The notes under the pieces were generated by a model. The model saw nothing but the letters and a program-made list of their open reading frames with translations. It ran no database searches and had not been told where the DNA came from. A program made the translations under genes and the position numbers. DNA of 64,000 bases from Thermodesulfobacteriota bacterium (GTDB lineage Bacteria; Desulfobacterota_D; UBA1144; Nemesobacterales; UBA2774): assembly GCA_965216785.1 (NCBI GenBank), contig OZ244197.1:1952001-2016000 (forward strand), written 5' to 3'. Positions 19,010-29,895 of this stretch are shown here, one piece after another; the first letter of the stretch is position 1; every line of letters begins with the position of its first letter.

Positions 19010-19624
19010 ATGAAATCCGCTGAGACTTTCATTCTTGCGCTGTTAATCGCCGCTTTTTATTTGTCCGCCAGCTCCACAGAGGTATTCGCCGAGACTCTCC
19101 CCGAGCCCGTATATAAGACGGCCTGGCCGAAATTCGCGGAAATAACAGAAGAAGCTGTATATCAATACCGGGTCATGGAATATAAGGGCAGGGTGAAACT
19201 AGACCTTGTTAAAAATGAATCTGACGCTAAATACGATACGCCGGAAGACGCGCTGATATCATTATTTTCCGCTATATACGCTGGAGATTATGATTGGTGG
19301 CTGAGCTCGTGGACAAAGGAGTCTCAAAAGGAGTTGAAAGAGGACTATAGTTCAAAGGATGATCTTCTGGAGGAGTGGAAATCATTTTACAAAGATAATT
19401 ACATCGCGCTTATAAGCAGGATCGAAACAGGGAAGTACGTGCTTTTATATTACAACGTAGCCTCGAAACGAAATAAGATTAAGCAGCGCCGGACTATAGC
19501 TTTTGTGAAAGAGGACGACAGATGGCTTGCCACAAACGAGCTGAGTGACGATCCGGTTTTTCTGTATTGGCAAAATTCAAACTATAAGGCTTTTAAGGTG
19601 GGCAGGGAATTGATTTTGGAGTAG
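19010..19624 (+). CDS. hypothetical exported protein
   Basis: GAGGT RBS; signal peptide; TPEDAL...FVKEDDRWL suggests an NTF2-like fold. Confidence 0.7.
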   Translation: MKSAETFILALLIAAFYLSASSTEVFAETLPEPVYKTAWPKFAEITEEAVYQYRVMEYKGRVKLDLVKNESDAKYDTPEDALISLFSAIYAGDYDWWLSSWTKESQKELKEDYSSKDDLLEEWKSFYKDNYIALISRIETGKYVLLYYNVASKRNKIKQRRTIAFVKEDDRWLATNELSDDPVFLYWQNSNYKAFKVGRELILE

Positions 19625-19633
19625 TTATTTACC

Positions 19634-20206
19634 GTGGGAATTGAAGATATAGAAGATTTTTTAGTTGAGGGAGAGCATGTAGTCTGGAATGGCCGGCCAT
19701 CGCTAGTACCGTTTGTCCTCAATACTTATCCGCTGTTTCTATTGGGTCTCGTACTTCTGGCGGTTGTTACGATATTCTTTATATCTCCTCTGTTTTTTAA
19801 CCCTGCCGCAGCCGGAGAATTGTTGCCTGTATGGATAATCTTACTTGCTCCATGGGTAGTGATATCCGCTTTTTTTATTTTGTTCCCAGTCTTCGCTGTA
19901 GTCTTTCATAAAACCCAAAAATACGTACTTACAAACAAGAGGATCATTAAGCTTGGCGGCGGGTTGCCCGGATATAGGGAATTTATTCCGATCTCGCAGA
20001 TACATAGGGTTGGCATTAATTACGGGTTTTTCGATAGATTGTTTCACGTAGCGAATATAAGTGTCGGTACTCAAAATCAAAGCTCACATACGAGGAAATA
20101 TAATAAATATTTTTACTCGATTGTGGACTATTTCGAATTTATGAGCGCCGTGAAGCCATTAATTAAAGACGATCAGTTATATGCTGAGGAGAATTGGAAA
20201 AGATGA
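19634..20206 (+). CDS. bacterial PH domain (bPH_2) membrane protein
   Basis: LVEGEHVVWNGRP, two TM helices, YVLTNKRII, FFDRLFHVANI. Confidence 0.8.
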   Translation: MGIEDIEDFLVEGEHVVWNGRPSLVPFVLNTYPLFLLGLVLLAVVTIFFISPLFFNPAAAGELLPVWIILLAPWVVISAFFILFPVFAVVFHKTQKYVLTNKRIIKLGGGLPGYREFIPISQIHRVGINYGFFDRLFHVANISVGTQNQSSHTRKYNKYFYSIVDYFEFMSAVKPLIKDDQLYAEENWKR

Positions 20207-20736
20207 GCGGCGGCGCGAATGATCTTGATCTAAAAGGTAATGAGCAAATATTGTGGATGGGTAAACCGTTGCTCAAACCCTTCATTTTTAGCCCATACGC
20301 TAAAATTATCGCCGGCTTCTTACTGTTATATATTTGGACGGTCGTTTTGGTTGGATATCTTGCGGTGAATTATGGGGAAGAGTTTCCGAAGTTTTACGTT
20401 TATTTCATATTAGCCGCCGGTTTCCTGCCGGGATTCGCGGCGCTGTTTTTGTTATATAAAAAAATTGAGCACAAGAACCTCAGGTATGCAGTTACTGATA
20501 ACAGGGTGATTATTGAATCGGGTCTTTTTGTTAAAAAAACTCTTACAATTGAGCTTGACACTATTCTAAGGTGCCGTATTTACAGTACTTTCGTTGATAA
20601 TATGTACGGCTCGGGGTCAATTATGCTTGACGCAGGGGAATTGGATAAGCGGAAAAGAGATGTATACCATGCTTTGTACTCAATACCCAACGTGCTAACT
20701 GTGTCTAAATTGCTTGAATGTGAAATACTAGGCTGA
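20203..20736 (+). CDS. bacterial PH domain (bPH_2) membrane protein, paralogue
   Basis: EQILWMGKP, two TM helices, YAVTDNRVIIESGLF; ATGA overlap with the previous gene. Confidence 0.8.
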   Translation: MSGGANDLDLKGNEQILWMGKPLLKPFIFSPYAKIIAGFLLLYIWTVVLVGYLAVNYGEEFPKFYVYFILAAGFLPGFAALFLLYKKIEHKNLRYAVTDNRVIIESGLFVKKTLTIELDTILRCRIYSTFVDNMYGSGSIMLDAGELDKRKRDVYHALYSIPNVLTVSKLLECEILG

Positions 20737-20742
20737 TAACAC

Positions 20743-22176
20743 TTAGCTCTTTACCCGCCAGAGCGTGCCTTCGGCTTTATCTTCAAGGAGGATACCCTTA
20801 TCGCTGAGCTCGTCTCTGATCTCGTCCGCCCGGGCCCAGTTCTTCTCGGCCCTTGCCGAATTCCTTTCATTAATAAGCTCCTCGATCTGTTCTTCTGTAA
20901 TTCCCGCGTCAGATTTCGCGAGCTTATGGTCTTTTAAATACTCGTCGGGCTCGTATTCCAAAAGCCCCAGAGTGTCTCCGAAGACTTTGATTTCCCGGAG
21001 CGCATCTTGTAGCGCGGGTGTGTTACCGTTTGAGTCGAGTGAGCGGTTTACTGCCCTAGTGAGCTCAAAGAGAGCGCCTACGGCCCCTGCGGTATTAAAG
21101 TCATCGCACATGTTCGCGACCCATCTCTCTTTGAAAGCTTCAACCGCCGCCGAAAGCTCGGGATCGTCCCCACTTCCTTCTTCTGGAGTCTCCTGCGCGC
21201 GCTTTATGGTGATGTAAAGCCTTTCGAGAGCGGCTTCTGACTCGTCCATGATCGTGTCTGAGAAATCGGCCGGGTTTAAGTACTGATGGGAAAGGAAAAA
21301 TAGCCTGATCGCCTCTTTACTCCACATCGATACCGCGTCTTTGACGTTTAAGATGTTGCCGATGGATTTAGACATTTTCTCACGGTTAATCTGAATAAGT
21401 CCGTTGTGGATCCAGTACTTCGCGAATTGATGCCCGGTAACGCACTCGGATTGGGCTATCTCGTTTTCATGATGGGGGAAGATGAGGTCTTTTCCGCCGC
21501 CGTGGATGTCAAAGCTCTCTCCCAGGTATTTCATGCTCATGGTCGAGCATTCTATATGCCATCCGGGGCGTCCTTTGCCCCAGGGGCTGTCCCAAGCGGG
21601 CTCCCCCGGTTTCGCCGCTTTCCAGAGCGCGAAGTCCAGAGGGTCTTCTTTCTGCTCGTTTATGTCTATTCTGATGCCGGCGAGCATGTCGTCAGGGTCT
21701 CTTTTCGAGAGCTTTCCGTATTCCTGGAATTTCTTTACAGAGAAAAATACATCTCCGCCTGACTCGTAACCGTGGCCGCTTTCAATTATCTTCTCAATCA
21801 GCTCTATAATTTCAGGGATGTGCTCTGTTACCTTCGGCTCTACAGTAGGCGTCCTGACACCGATCGAGGCCATATCGTCTTTGTATTCCTGTATGAATTT
21901 CTCGGAAATCTCCTCTGCGGGGACGCCTGTCTCGTTTGATTTATTGATGATCTTATCGTCGATGTCGGTAAAGTTTCTAACGTAGGTGACTTCGTACCCT
22001 AGGTGCGTCAAGAACCTGTCGATCACATCGAACGTGACCGCGGCGCGCGCGTGCCCGAGGTGTGCGGAGCTGTACACAGTTGGTCCGCAGACGTACATCC
22101 TGATCTTGCCCTCCGTTAATGGTACAAGTTCTTCTTTCTTTTGAGTGAGCGTATTATAAAGCGTTATTTCTTTCAT
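20743..22176 (-). CDS. cysS: cysteine--tRNA ligase
   Basis: MYVCGPTVY, HLGH, DFALWK, GRPGWHIECS, FPHHENE, KMSKS. Confidence 0.98.
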   Translation of the reverse strand: MKEITLYNTLTQKKEELVPLTEGKIRMYVCGPTVYSSAHLGHARAAVTFDVIDRFLTHLGYEVTYVRNFTDIDDKIINKSNETGVPAEEISEKFIQEYKDDMASIGVRTPTVEPKVTEHIPEIIELIEKIIESGHGYESGGDVFFSVKKFQEYGKLSKRDPDDMLAGIRIDINEQKEDPLDFALWKAAKPGEPAWDSPWGKGRPGWHIECSTMSMKYLGESFDIHGGGKDLIFPHHENEIAQSECVTGHQFAKYWIHNGLIQINREKMSKSIGNILNVKDAVSMWSKEAIRLFFLSHQYLNPADFSDTIMDESEAALERLYITIKRAQETPEEGSGDDPELSAAVEAFKERWVANMCDDFNTAGAVGALFELTRAVNRSLDSNGNTPALQDALREIKVFGDTLGLLEYEPDEYLKDHKLAKSDAGITEEQIEELINERNSARAEKNWARADEIRDELSDKGILLEDKAEGTLWRVKS

Positions 22177-22257
22177 ATTTTCCTTAGTGGGTATTTCGTT
22201 CTCTGTAGATTTTGGTTGCCGGGTGCCTAATAATGAGGAGTAACAGTGTAATTTAAC

Positions 22258-23067
22258 CTAAATCAGGTCTTCTCCCCCGTCCACTCTAATGACGTTTCCG
22301 GTGAGCCAGTATGTGCCCGCCACTGCAAGCGCTGCTATGGCGCGGGCTACGTCCTCAGTGGTCGTCAGCCTGTTGGCCGGGTTTACAGCGAGGGCGTTTT
22401 TTACTATATCCTCATTCCCGGGGATCTTGCTCAGCGCGGGAGTCATGGTGACTCCGGCCTGTATGGCGTTAGCGGTTATGTCGTGCGGCGCAAGCTCCAC
22501 CGCAAGCTGGCGCGTGTGGGACTCGATTGCGGCTTTTGACGCTGACACAGGGCCGTAAGTCGGCCAAACTCTGTGGCCTCCGGCGCTGGTCATGGCGTAG
22601 ATCCTGCCGCCCGCCTTCATAAGCCCGCGGGCCACTAGCTCCTGAGCCCAATAGACCATGCTGTGAGCCATAACGTCGAGCGTCATGTCCATGTTCTTAA
22701 TAGACACCCGTTCTTTCTCTGTATCCGCGATGTAGGGTTTTAAGGTTCCGAACGCCAGTGAATGAACCAGCACTTTTACGCTCCCCGGATTCCCGTGCTC
22801 GTCCAGTATCTGCTCCATCTCGTCAAGTGTCTCTGAGCGTTTCTCGGGGTCAGAGGCGTTGATGTTGAAAAACACCGCCTCGCGTCCAAGCTCTTTTATA
22901 TTATTTTGTATTTCCTCGACCTTGGGCATGGTGCCCTTACGGTCAAGGTGAACGCCGAAAATGTTCATCCCGTGCCCAGCGAGCTCAAGCGCGATTGCCT
23001 CGCCGAATCCGCTGGAGGCTCCTAATATTAATGCCCAGCTATTTTCCAATCCGGTTTTAGTGCTCAA
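22258..23067 (-). CDS. SDR oxidoreductase, enoyl-ACP reductase (FabL-like)
   Basis: LGASSGFG, YGPVSASK (Yx6K), GNVIRVDGG. Confidence 0.8.
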   Translation of the reverse strand: MSTKTGLENSWALILGASSGFGEAIALELAGHGMNIFGVHLDRKGTMPKVEEIQNNIKELGREAVFFNINASDPEKRSETLDEMEQILDEHGNPGSVKVLVHSLAFGTLKPYIADTEKERVSIKNMDMTLDVMAHSMVYWAQELVARGLMKAGGRIYAMTSAGGHRVWPTYGPVSASKAAIESHTRQLAVELAPHDITANAIQAGVTMTPALSKIPGNEDIVKNALAVNPANRLTTTEDVARAIAALAVAGTYWLTGNVIRVDGGEDLI

Positions 23068-23311
23068 TATTTCTCTCCTAACTCGAATTTATTGCTATAA
23101 ACAGTTATTAAGCAAGTAATTGCCGATATCTAAATAAAAAACAATACTCACAGACGAAAATATAGCCCCGTGCGAAAAAAAGATTCTACGCAGATTAGAC
23201 CGAAATGCAAGATTGTAGGTATTGGACGCATCATGCAGGATTCGCGGCGCAGGTGATTGCCGCGATGACTGATATAGTGGTTGGATTCAGATAGAGGGCC
23301 TGTAGAATATT

Positions 23312-24136
23312 TCAGAAATGCTTATTCAGTATCTTTCCGAACTGATCTGCCAGCCTGTATTTTTGGACCCGTTTCCAAAGCCTCGTCCGTTGTAAATATT
23401 TCTTAAGCTTTTTTCTGGGGCTATTTTTCCACATAACTAAAACCCTTTTACCAACCATAAGACTGATGCCAATATCGTATGTCGGGCTTAAGGTCTCAAA
23501 TATTTTATTCATATATATACGGGACATTTTTTCGTTATTTGTCAGTAAGAGCTTTCTCTCCAATACTGCTATTGGCCATAGCTCCTTTTCCGCATCGAAT
23601 AAATAGCGGTATGTACCCTCCATAACTCCAAGCCAGCTTTCGTGAGGAAAATCGTCAAGCCATATTATTCCGCCGTCTGCCAGGGTATCGGCCGCAAGCT
23701 TAATGTCGTTGTAAGCAGTGCCGGCCTCATGCCCTCCGTCGACAGAGATCATCCGGATGCCTCCGTGCATTAAAAGCTCATCGGGAGATATGTTAAGTGA
23801 ATTTCGGGTGATTATCTCTATTCTGCTTAAGTCGCAGCCGGTTTTTCGCAAATTTTCTAGAAATATTTCCTTATTACCTTTCCCGGAGCTTCCAATGTTT
23901 TCATTCTGCCTCTCGAATAAATCACAGGCTATGCTGTATTCATCCCTATCGGTCAGCAGGTGGAGCAATATAAAAAACCGCCCGTGATGTATGCCTATCT
24001 CGCATACGCTCCCTTTGATGCCGTGTGATTTCTGTACGTCCGACAGCTCGCATATGCACTTGATGGTTGCGGGATAAATCCAGCCTTCCACTTCTTTGTA
24101 GCCTTTACGGCGGTAATAGTCCAGCTTCTCATTCAT
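23312..24136 (-). CDS. class I SAM-dependent methyltransferase (Methyltransf_24-like)
   Basis: Start moved to MNEKLDYY to avoid the ogt overlap; VEGW, EIGIHHGR, SVDGGH, GGIIWLDD. Confidence 0.82.
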   Translation of the reverse strand: MNEKLDYYRRKGYKEVEGWIYPATIKCICELSDVQKSHGIKGSVCEIGIHHGRFFILLHLLTDRDEYSIACDLFERQNENIGSSGKGNKEIFLENLRKTGCDLSRIEIITRNSLNISPDELLMHGGIRMISVDGGHEAGTAYNDIKLAADTLADGGIIWLDDFPHESWLGVMEGTYRYLFDAEKELWPIAVLERKLLLTNNEKMSRIYMNKIFETLSPTYDIGISLMVGKRVLVMWKNSPRKKLKKYLQRTRLWKRVQKYRLADQFGKILNKHF

Positions 24137-24215
24137 GCTCTTATAATACTCACTGCCGGTCTGCCTTGACAAGGATTTCCTCGTATGCAAACTCAAGTTG
24201 AGGTGCAGCTTGGAT

Positions 24216-24707
24216 ATGGGTGACTTGAGATTCTCGACTATTGATTCCGATCTGGGTGAGATTTTTGTAATCTCAAATGAAAACGGGGTCTCAAACCTTT
24301 TTTTCAGCCGCAAGAAGTACAGCGAATACCTTAAGTACCTGGGCGTAAAGGATATTAAAGAGGGTGGGGCGGCTGAGGGTTTCGCCCGTGAGCTCCGCCA
24401 ATATCTAAAGGGCAAGCGCTCAGGTTTTAAATCGACCCTTGATTTAAGCTCCGGGACAAGGTTTCAGAAAACGGTATGGAAAAAGCTCCTAGATGTACCC
24501 TACGGTGAGGTGGTAACCTATAAAGAGCTTGCATGCGCGGTAGGCAGCCCGCGGGCCGCTCGCGCAGTGGGGAACGCAGTTGGTAAAAACCCGCTGCCGA
24601 TAGTGGTCCCGTGCCACAGGGTGCTTGCCGCAAACGGACTCGGGGGGTATTCGTGCGGAATCGAAATAAAGAAAAGCCTGCTCAGGCTCGAAGGAGTAAT
24701 TAGTTAG
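24216..24707 (+). CDS. ogt: methylated-DNA--protein-cysteine methyltransferase
   Basis: FQKTVW, VPYGE..TY, ARAVGNA, NPLPIVVPCHRV. Confidence 0.93.
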   Translation: MGDLRFSTIDSDLGEIFVISNENGVSNLFFSRKKYSEYLKYLGVKDIKEGGAAEGFARELRQYLKGKRSGFKSTLDLSSGTRFQKTVWKKLLDVPYGEVVTYKELACAVGSPRAARAVGNAVGKNPLPIVVPCHRVLAANGLGGYSCGIEIKKSLLRLEGVIS

Positions 24708-25157
24708 GTGAAAGAAGGCGCCGCAAAGCTGATCGCTACATTTTTTTACGTGGGGCTGATACCTGTCGCGCCGGGCACCTTCGGCACGCTTGCGGCAATT
24801 CCGCTGTTTTGGATTATCTCGGGACTGTCCGTATACATTTATCTTCTGATAACGCTCATAGTGATCGGCGTGTCCGTTTGGGCAGCGACAGAAACTGAAA
24901 AAATATATAAAAAAAGAGACCCGGGTCAGATAGTGGCGGACGAAGTGGCCGGTTATCTGGTGACGATGATACTTATACCGGCTACTGCGACAAACATTGT
25001 GATCGGGTTTTTCTTGTTCAGGCTTTTTGACATACTAAAACCTCCGCCTGTAAGGAGATTAGAGAAGCTGCCGCGCGGATGGGGAGTCGTGATAGACGAC
25101 GTGGCAGCGGGGGTATACGCGTGTGTGTGTATGCATTTGATTCTGATGTACTTGTAG
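24708..25157 (+). CDS. pgpA: phosphatidylglycerophosphatase A
   Basis: APGTFGT, DPGQIVADE, FRLFDILKP, GVVIDD. Confidence 0.94.
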   Translation: MKEGAAKLIATFFYVGLIPVAPGTFGTLAAIPLFWIISGLSVYIYLLITLIVIGVSVWAATETEKIYKKRDPGQIVADEVAGYLVTMILIPATATNIVIGFFLFRLFDILKPPPVRRLEKLPRGWGVVIDDVAAGVYACVCMHLILMYL

Positions 25158-25179
25158 TCCGACATTGCGTGCGAATGAA

Positions 25180-26421
25180 ATGAAAATCGAGATAATAACT
25201 ACGGGTGATGAGCTGATGAGCGGTCTTACACTGGACCGCAATTTCAACTGGGCGGGAGATTTGCTTTCCAATTTGGGCTTTGACGTTGCCTACCACACTA
25301 CGGTCGGGGATATAAAAGAGCGGATTGCCGAGGCTTTCGATATAGCCCTGAATAGAGCAGGGGCCGTGATAGTAACCGGGGGGCTGGGCCCTACGGACGA
25401 TGATCTCACCGCCGAGGTTGCGGCTGAGTACTTCGGCTCGCCGCTTGAATTTAAACAAGAGGCTTATGAGAAGCTTGAAGCCTGGCTTAGAGGCAGAGGA
25501 AGGGAAGTAAACGAGTCCAACAAAAAGCAGGTATATCTGCCCGCTTGCTCAACCGTACTCGATAATAAATGGGGCACAGCGCCCGGTTTCAGTATCGAGT
25601 CTAAGGGTGTGATCTTTTTCTTTCTCCCGGGAGTGCCGAGGGAGTTTCACGAGATGACGCGCTGCTACGTTGTGCCTGAGCTTGATGGCCGCGACCAAGG
25701 TAGGATGAAAAGGGATATGCGGCTCGTTAAGATTTTCGGGCTCCCTGAATCCGAGGTTGCGGAGAGGCTGAAGGGACTTCACATGCAAGGGGTTACGCTA
25801 GGTTATAGGTCTCATAGGCCTGAAATACACCTTCGAGTGTGCGCCTATGCGGATACGGAATCTAAAGCGATGAGCTTAACCCAAGATTATATTGAGGAGA
25901 TAAAAGCCCGGCTAGGTGATTACGTCTTCACTACAGAGGGAGAGCTGCTTGAAGAAGTTGTAGGAAAGCTGCTCACGGAAAAGTCCATGACGCTCGCAAC
26001 GGCGGAGTCGTGTACAGGGGGGCTGCTTTCGAGCAGAATTACGGACGTACCCGGCAGCTCTGCCTATTTCCTGGAGGGTGTTGTCACTTACTCAAACGAG
26101 GCGAAGGAAAAGTTGCTCGGTGTTCCTTTTTCCCTACTAGAGTCACACGGCGCCGTAAGCGCCCCTGTGGTAGAGGCGATGGCGAGCGGCGTGCGCAGGC
26201 TCTCGGGCGCTGATATGGGCGTTGGAATCTCCGGTATCGCGGGGCCCGGCGGGGGGACTGCTGAAAAACCGGTGGGAACCGTGTATATTGGTCTTGACGC
26301 CAAAGGGTCAGCTACGGTCTCACAGAAGTATTTATTTGGCGGCAGCCGTGATCAGATTAAAAACGTGAGTTCCGAGACGGCATTGGATATAATTATGAAG
26401 TTTTTAATAACAAAAATATAA
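25180..26421 (+). CDS. cinA: competence/damage-inducible protein A (NMN amidohydrolase)
   Basis: TGDEL, TGGLGPTDDD, LPGVPRE, AESCTGG, GAVS, GIAGPGGG. Confidence 0.94.
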   Translation: MKIEIITTGDELMSGLTLDRNFNWAGDLLSNLGFDVAYHTTVGDIKERIAEAFDIALNRAGAVIVTGGLGPTDDDLTAEVAAEYFGSPLEFKQEAYEKLEAWLRGRGREVNESNKKQVYLPACSTVLDNKWGTAPGFSIESKGVIFFFLPGVPREFHEMTRCYVVPELDGRDQGRMKRDMRLVKIFGLPESEVAERLKGLHMQGVTLGYRSHRPEIHLRVCAYADTESKAMSLTQDYIEEIKARLGDYVFTTEGELLEEVVGKLLTEKSMTLATAESCTGGLLSSRITDVPGSSAYFLEGVVTYSNEAKEKLLGVPFSLLESHGAVSAPVVEAMASGVRRLSGADMGVGISGIAGPGGGTAEKPVGTVYIGLDAKGSATVSQKYLFGGSRDQIKNVSSETALDIIMKFLITKI

Positions 26422-26433
26422 TTGGGAGACATC

Positions 26434-27477
26434 ATGACGGAAGAAACACAAACAAAGCAAAGCAGTGAGAAAGAAAAAACAATTGATCTTGCCATATCTT
26501 CAATAGAAAAGCAGTTCGGCAAAGGTTCTATTATGAGGCTCGGAGCGGGTACGCCGATACCTCAGCTTTCCGTAATATCCTCAGGCTCTATCGGGCTTGA
26601 TGTGGCGCTCGGTGTGGGTGGATTCCCCAAGGGCAGGGTGATCGAGATTTACGGTCCCGAGGCCTCTGGTAAAACAACGCTTGCGCTCCATGTTATAGCG
26701 GAAGCTCACAAGCAGGGCGGGATTGCGGCATTCGTGGACGCGGAGCACGCGCTTGACCCGAACTATGCGAATAACCTTGGAGTTAAAGTGGACGACCTTC
26801 TAATATCTCAGCCCGACTTCGGTGAGCAGGCGCTTGAGATTGTGGACACGCTGGTAAGGAGCGGGGCCGTGGATGTAGTGGTGCTCGATTCCGTAGCGGC
26901 GCTCGTTCCAAGGGCGGAGATAGAAGGGGAGATGGGTGACACGCACGTCGGGCTTCAGGCAAGACTGATGTCCCAGGCCCTGCGAAAGCTCACGGCGACC
27001 GTAGGGAGATCGAACACCCTTGTTATCTTCGTCAATCAGACGAGGATGAAGATCGGCACGCTCCCATATATGAACCCCGAAACCACAAGCGGAGGCACGG
27101 CGCTCCGCTTCTATTCCTCTGTCAGGATAGATGTTAGGCGCATAGGCTCCATCAAAGACGGTGACGAGGTTAGAGGTAACCGTGTAAGGGCAAAAGTGGT
27201 AAAAAATAAGGTGTCGCCGCCGTTTAGGAACGCCGAGTTTGATATTATGTTCGGAAGCGGAATCTCTCAGACAGGAGAGATGATTGACCTCGGGGTCCAC
27301 TTTAAAGAAGTCGAGAAAAGCGGGACCTGGTACTCGTATCAGGGCGAGAGACTCGGCCAGGGACGGGAGAACGCAAGAGAGTTTCTTAAGGAGAACCCGG
27401 AGATAAGAGAAAAATTAAAAGAACAGATTTTAATAAAAAGCGGTATTATTAAAGGGAAAGAGCTAGAGGAGAAGTAG
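26434..27477 (+). CDS. recA: recombinase RecA
   Basis: [40 protein letters not shown]. Confidence 0.99.
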   Translation: MTEETQTKQSSEKEKTIDLAISSIEKQFGKGSIMRLGAGTPIPQLSVISSGSIGLDVALGVGGFPKGRVIEIYGPEASGKTTLALHVIAEAHKQGGIAAFVDAEHALDPNYANNLGVKVDDLLISQPDFGEQALEIVDTLVRSGAVDVVVLDSVAALVPRAEIEGEMGDTHVGLQARLMSQALRKLTATVGRSNTLVIFVNQTRMKIGTLPYMNPETTSGGTALRFYSSVRIDVRRIGSIKDGDEVRGNRVRAKVVKNKVSPPFRNAEFDIMFGSGISQTGEMIDLGVHFKEVEKSGTWYSYQGERLGQGRENAREFLKENPEIREKLKEQILIKSGIIKGKELEEK

Positions 27478-28599
27478 ATGGCCGCACTGCATATAGACGA
27501 TATTCTAAAAGCCGCGCTGAATGTAGGCGCCTCTGACATACACATAGGTTCGGGCAGAAGGCCCTATTTCAGAGTAGAGGGCAAACTGCTTTCCGTAAAC
27601 GAGGCCCCTAAACTAAACAATGAAGACGTCAGGGGTCTTGTACAGTCTATGATGAACGAGAAGCAGTGGAATAAGTTTCAGGACTCCTATGAAATGGACC
27701 TTGCTTACAGTATCCCGGGATTATCCAGATTCAGGGTGAATGCATATATGCAGCGGGGCACGACATCTATTGCTATAAGAGCCATCCCATTCGATATAAG
27801 GGACTTTAAAACACTAAACCTGCCTAAGGTACTTGAGAAGATCGCTGATGAAGAGCGCGGGCTGGTAATTCTTACCGGCACTACGGGTAGCGGCAAGTCG
27901 ACGACACTGGCCTCGATTGTGGATTACATCAATCAGAGTAAAGCCCGTCACATTATTACTGTCGAAGACCCGCTCGAGTATGTACATCAGGATAAAAAGA
28001 GTTATATAAATCAGCGTGAAATCGGTATAGACACAGAGACTTTCGCAGACGCGATGAGGGCTGCGCTCAGGGAAGACCCCGATGTTATTCTCGTTGGTGA
28101 GATGAGGGACCTTGAGACCATGGAGATATGTCTTTCGGCTGCGGAGACAGGGCATCTGGTGTTGACAACTTTGCATACGCTCGACGCGATGGAATCCATT
28201 AACCGTATGCTTACGATATTCCCGCCCCACCAGCACAACCAGGTGCGGTATCAGCTGGCGCAGGTGTTAAAGGCCGTGATCTCGCAGAGGCTCGTACCCA
28301 CTGCCGACGGAAAGTCCAGGGTGCCTGCCGCAGAAGTGCTGATTGCGACCGAAAGGGTTAAAGACCTGGTGTCTGAGCCCGAGAGGACATGGGAGATCCG
28401 GCAAGCGATTGAAGAGGGTAACCTTCACTACGGTATGCAGACCTTCGATCAGTGTCTTTATAAGCTATTCACAGACAAGCAGATTTCCTATGATGAAGCC
28501 ATGCGTCAGGCAACGAACAAGAACGACCTCGCGCTCAGGATCGAGGGTATCACCTCTGGTTCCTCTTCGCTCGTTCGCGAAGAGAATTACGGCACATAG
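27478..28599 (+). CDS. pilT: type IV pilus retraction ATPase, PilT/PilU family
   Basis: ASDIH, GTTGSGKSTT, TVEDPLE, ALREDPDVILVGEMRD, AAETGH, GMQTFDQ. Confidence 0.85.
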   Translation: MAALHIDDILKAALNVGASDIHIGSGRRPYFRVEGKLLSVNEAPKLNNEDVRGLVQSMMNEKQWNKFQDSYEMDLAYSIPGLSRFRVNAYMQRGTTSIAIRAIPFDIRDFKTLNLPKVLEKIADEERGLVILTGTTGSGKSTTLASIVDYINQSKARHIITVEDPLEYVHQDKKSYINQREIGIDTETFADAMRAALREDPDVILVGEMRDLETMEICLSAAETGHLVLTTLHTLDAMESINRMLTIFPPHQHNQVRYQLAQVLKAVISQRLVPTADGKSRVPAAEVLIATERVKDLVSEPERTWEIRQAIEEGNLHYGMQTFDQCLYKLFTDKQISYDEAMRQATNKNDLALRIEGITSGSSSLVREENYGT

Positions 28600-28774
28600 T
28601 TAATGTCTGCTTACTAGAATACTTGCCCGCCGGCTATTTTAGACTGGAGCTTTGAGACGCCGACAGATAAAAAAATAGAGCGGCGCCCGTATCTAAAATC
28701 TACTAACTTAGGGTTTCAAACCCCCTTATACATTGATAGATATATTTTAGATGTGTACAATTCCAGGGTTAATT

Positions 28775-29476
28775 ATGAAAATTCTTGGAATAGAGACGTC
28801 TATGTATGCGGGGAGTATCGCGGTCTCTGAAGACGAGAAGGTTCTCGGAGAGTATTATTTCAATACCGGGCCTTCCCACTCGGAGAAGCTTATGCCCTCG
28901 ATCCAGTGGCTGCTTACAGAGCTGTCAATCGATAAAACCGCACTTGAGGCGGTAGCCGTGTCACTGGGGCCGGGCTCTTTTACCTCACTCAGGATTGGAT
29001 TGGCCAGCGCGAAAGGACTCTCGTACGCACTAGGCATTCCTATCATAGGTATCTCTACGCTTGAGCTCATGGCCAATAACGTTCCGTTCGCGCCTTTTAG
29101 GATTTGTCCCTTGATTGACGCAAGGAGAGGAGAGGTGTTCGCCGCTTTTTTTGAGTCGCGAGACGGCAGGGTAGTGAGGATTTCTGAGGATATGGTATTA
29201 TCTGCAGAGAATTTGGCCGGGAAAATTAAAGAGAGAACTGTATTTGTCGGCGAAGGTGCTTTACTTTACTCGGATTTTCTGGAAGATATCATGGGTGCAG
29301 ACGGGTATGCGGCATTGTGTCCGGAGGCGTTAAATTATCCAAGAGCCGGAGTTTTATCTTCTATGGGTTATTCAAAAATTAAGGAAGGCGGCGGGGACGA
29401 CCCGCATACGCTTTCGCCTCATTATATGAGAAAGTCAGAGGCCGAATTGTCTAAAGAGAGCGGCAAGAAAACTTGA
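28775..29476 (+). CDS. tsaB: tRNA threonylcarbamoyladenosine biosynthesis protein TsaB
   Basis: ILGIETS, HSEKL, GPGSFTSLRIG, IDARRGEV. Confidence 0.94.
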   Translation: MKILGIETSMYAGSIAVSEDEKVLGEYYFNTGPSHSEKLMPSIQWLLTELSIDKTALEAVAVSLGPGSFTSLRIGLASAKGLSYALGIPIIGISTLELMANNVPFAPFRICPLIDARRGEVFAAFFESRDGRVVRISEDMVLSAENLAGKIKERTVFVGEGALLYSDFLEDIMGADGYAALCPEALNYPRAGVLSSMGYSKIKEGGGDDPHTLSPHYMRKSEAELSKESGKKT

Positions 29477-29539
29477 GCAAAAAAGTGATTGAACAACAAA
29501 TAAATACACATATAAGAATTAATAAAGTGAGAGGTAAAA

Positions 29540-29752
29540 ATGAGTGAAGCAGAGATAATAGAAAAGCTCTTAGAGGATGACGAGGAATTTAAGAAAATAT
29601 ATTCCGAGCACAGAGAGCTTGACGAAGTCGTTAGGAACCTTGAGGAAAAGGATTTTCTTTCAGAAGAAGACGAGGTTGAAATAAAACGACTCAAGAAAAT
29701 AAAACTTTCCCTTAAGGACAGAATGGAAGCTAAAATCCACGAAGCTGGCTAA
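29540..29752 (+). CDS. DUF465/YdcH family coiled-coil protein
   Basis: EHRELD...LKKIKLSLKDRM; GAGGT RBS. Confidence 0.8.
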   Translation: MSEAEIIEKLLEDDEEFKKIYSEHRELDEVVRNLEEKDFLSEEDEVEIKRLKKIKLSLKDRMEAKIHEAG

Positions 29753-29895
29753 TTCCTAATACGCCGGGTTATACAGCCGGGACAGTGGTTTAACAGACCA
29801 AGACAGGGGTTAATTAATAATCCGAGATACGGGTAATGGAATATATTGTGTACACTAACATTAAAACGAGATTTACTATTTAGGGGGTTTTGAAA

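Noticed and set aside
24137-24415. N-terminal extension of the methyltransferase ORF
   Set aside because: Overlaps ogt on the other strand; a promoter-like sequence sits directly before the 24136 ATG.
29753-29895. ilv leader-peptide attenuator
   Set aside because: No Ile/Leu/Val-rich leader ORF or terminator with U-tract seen.
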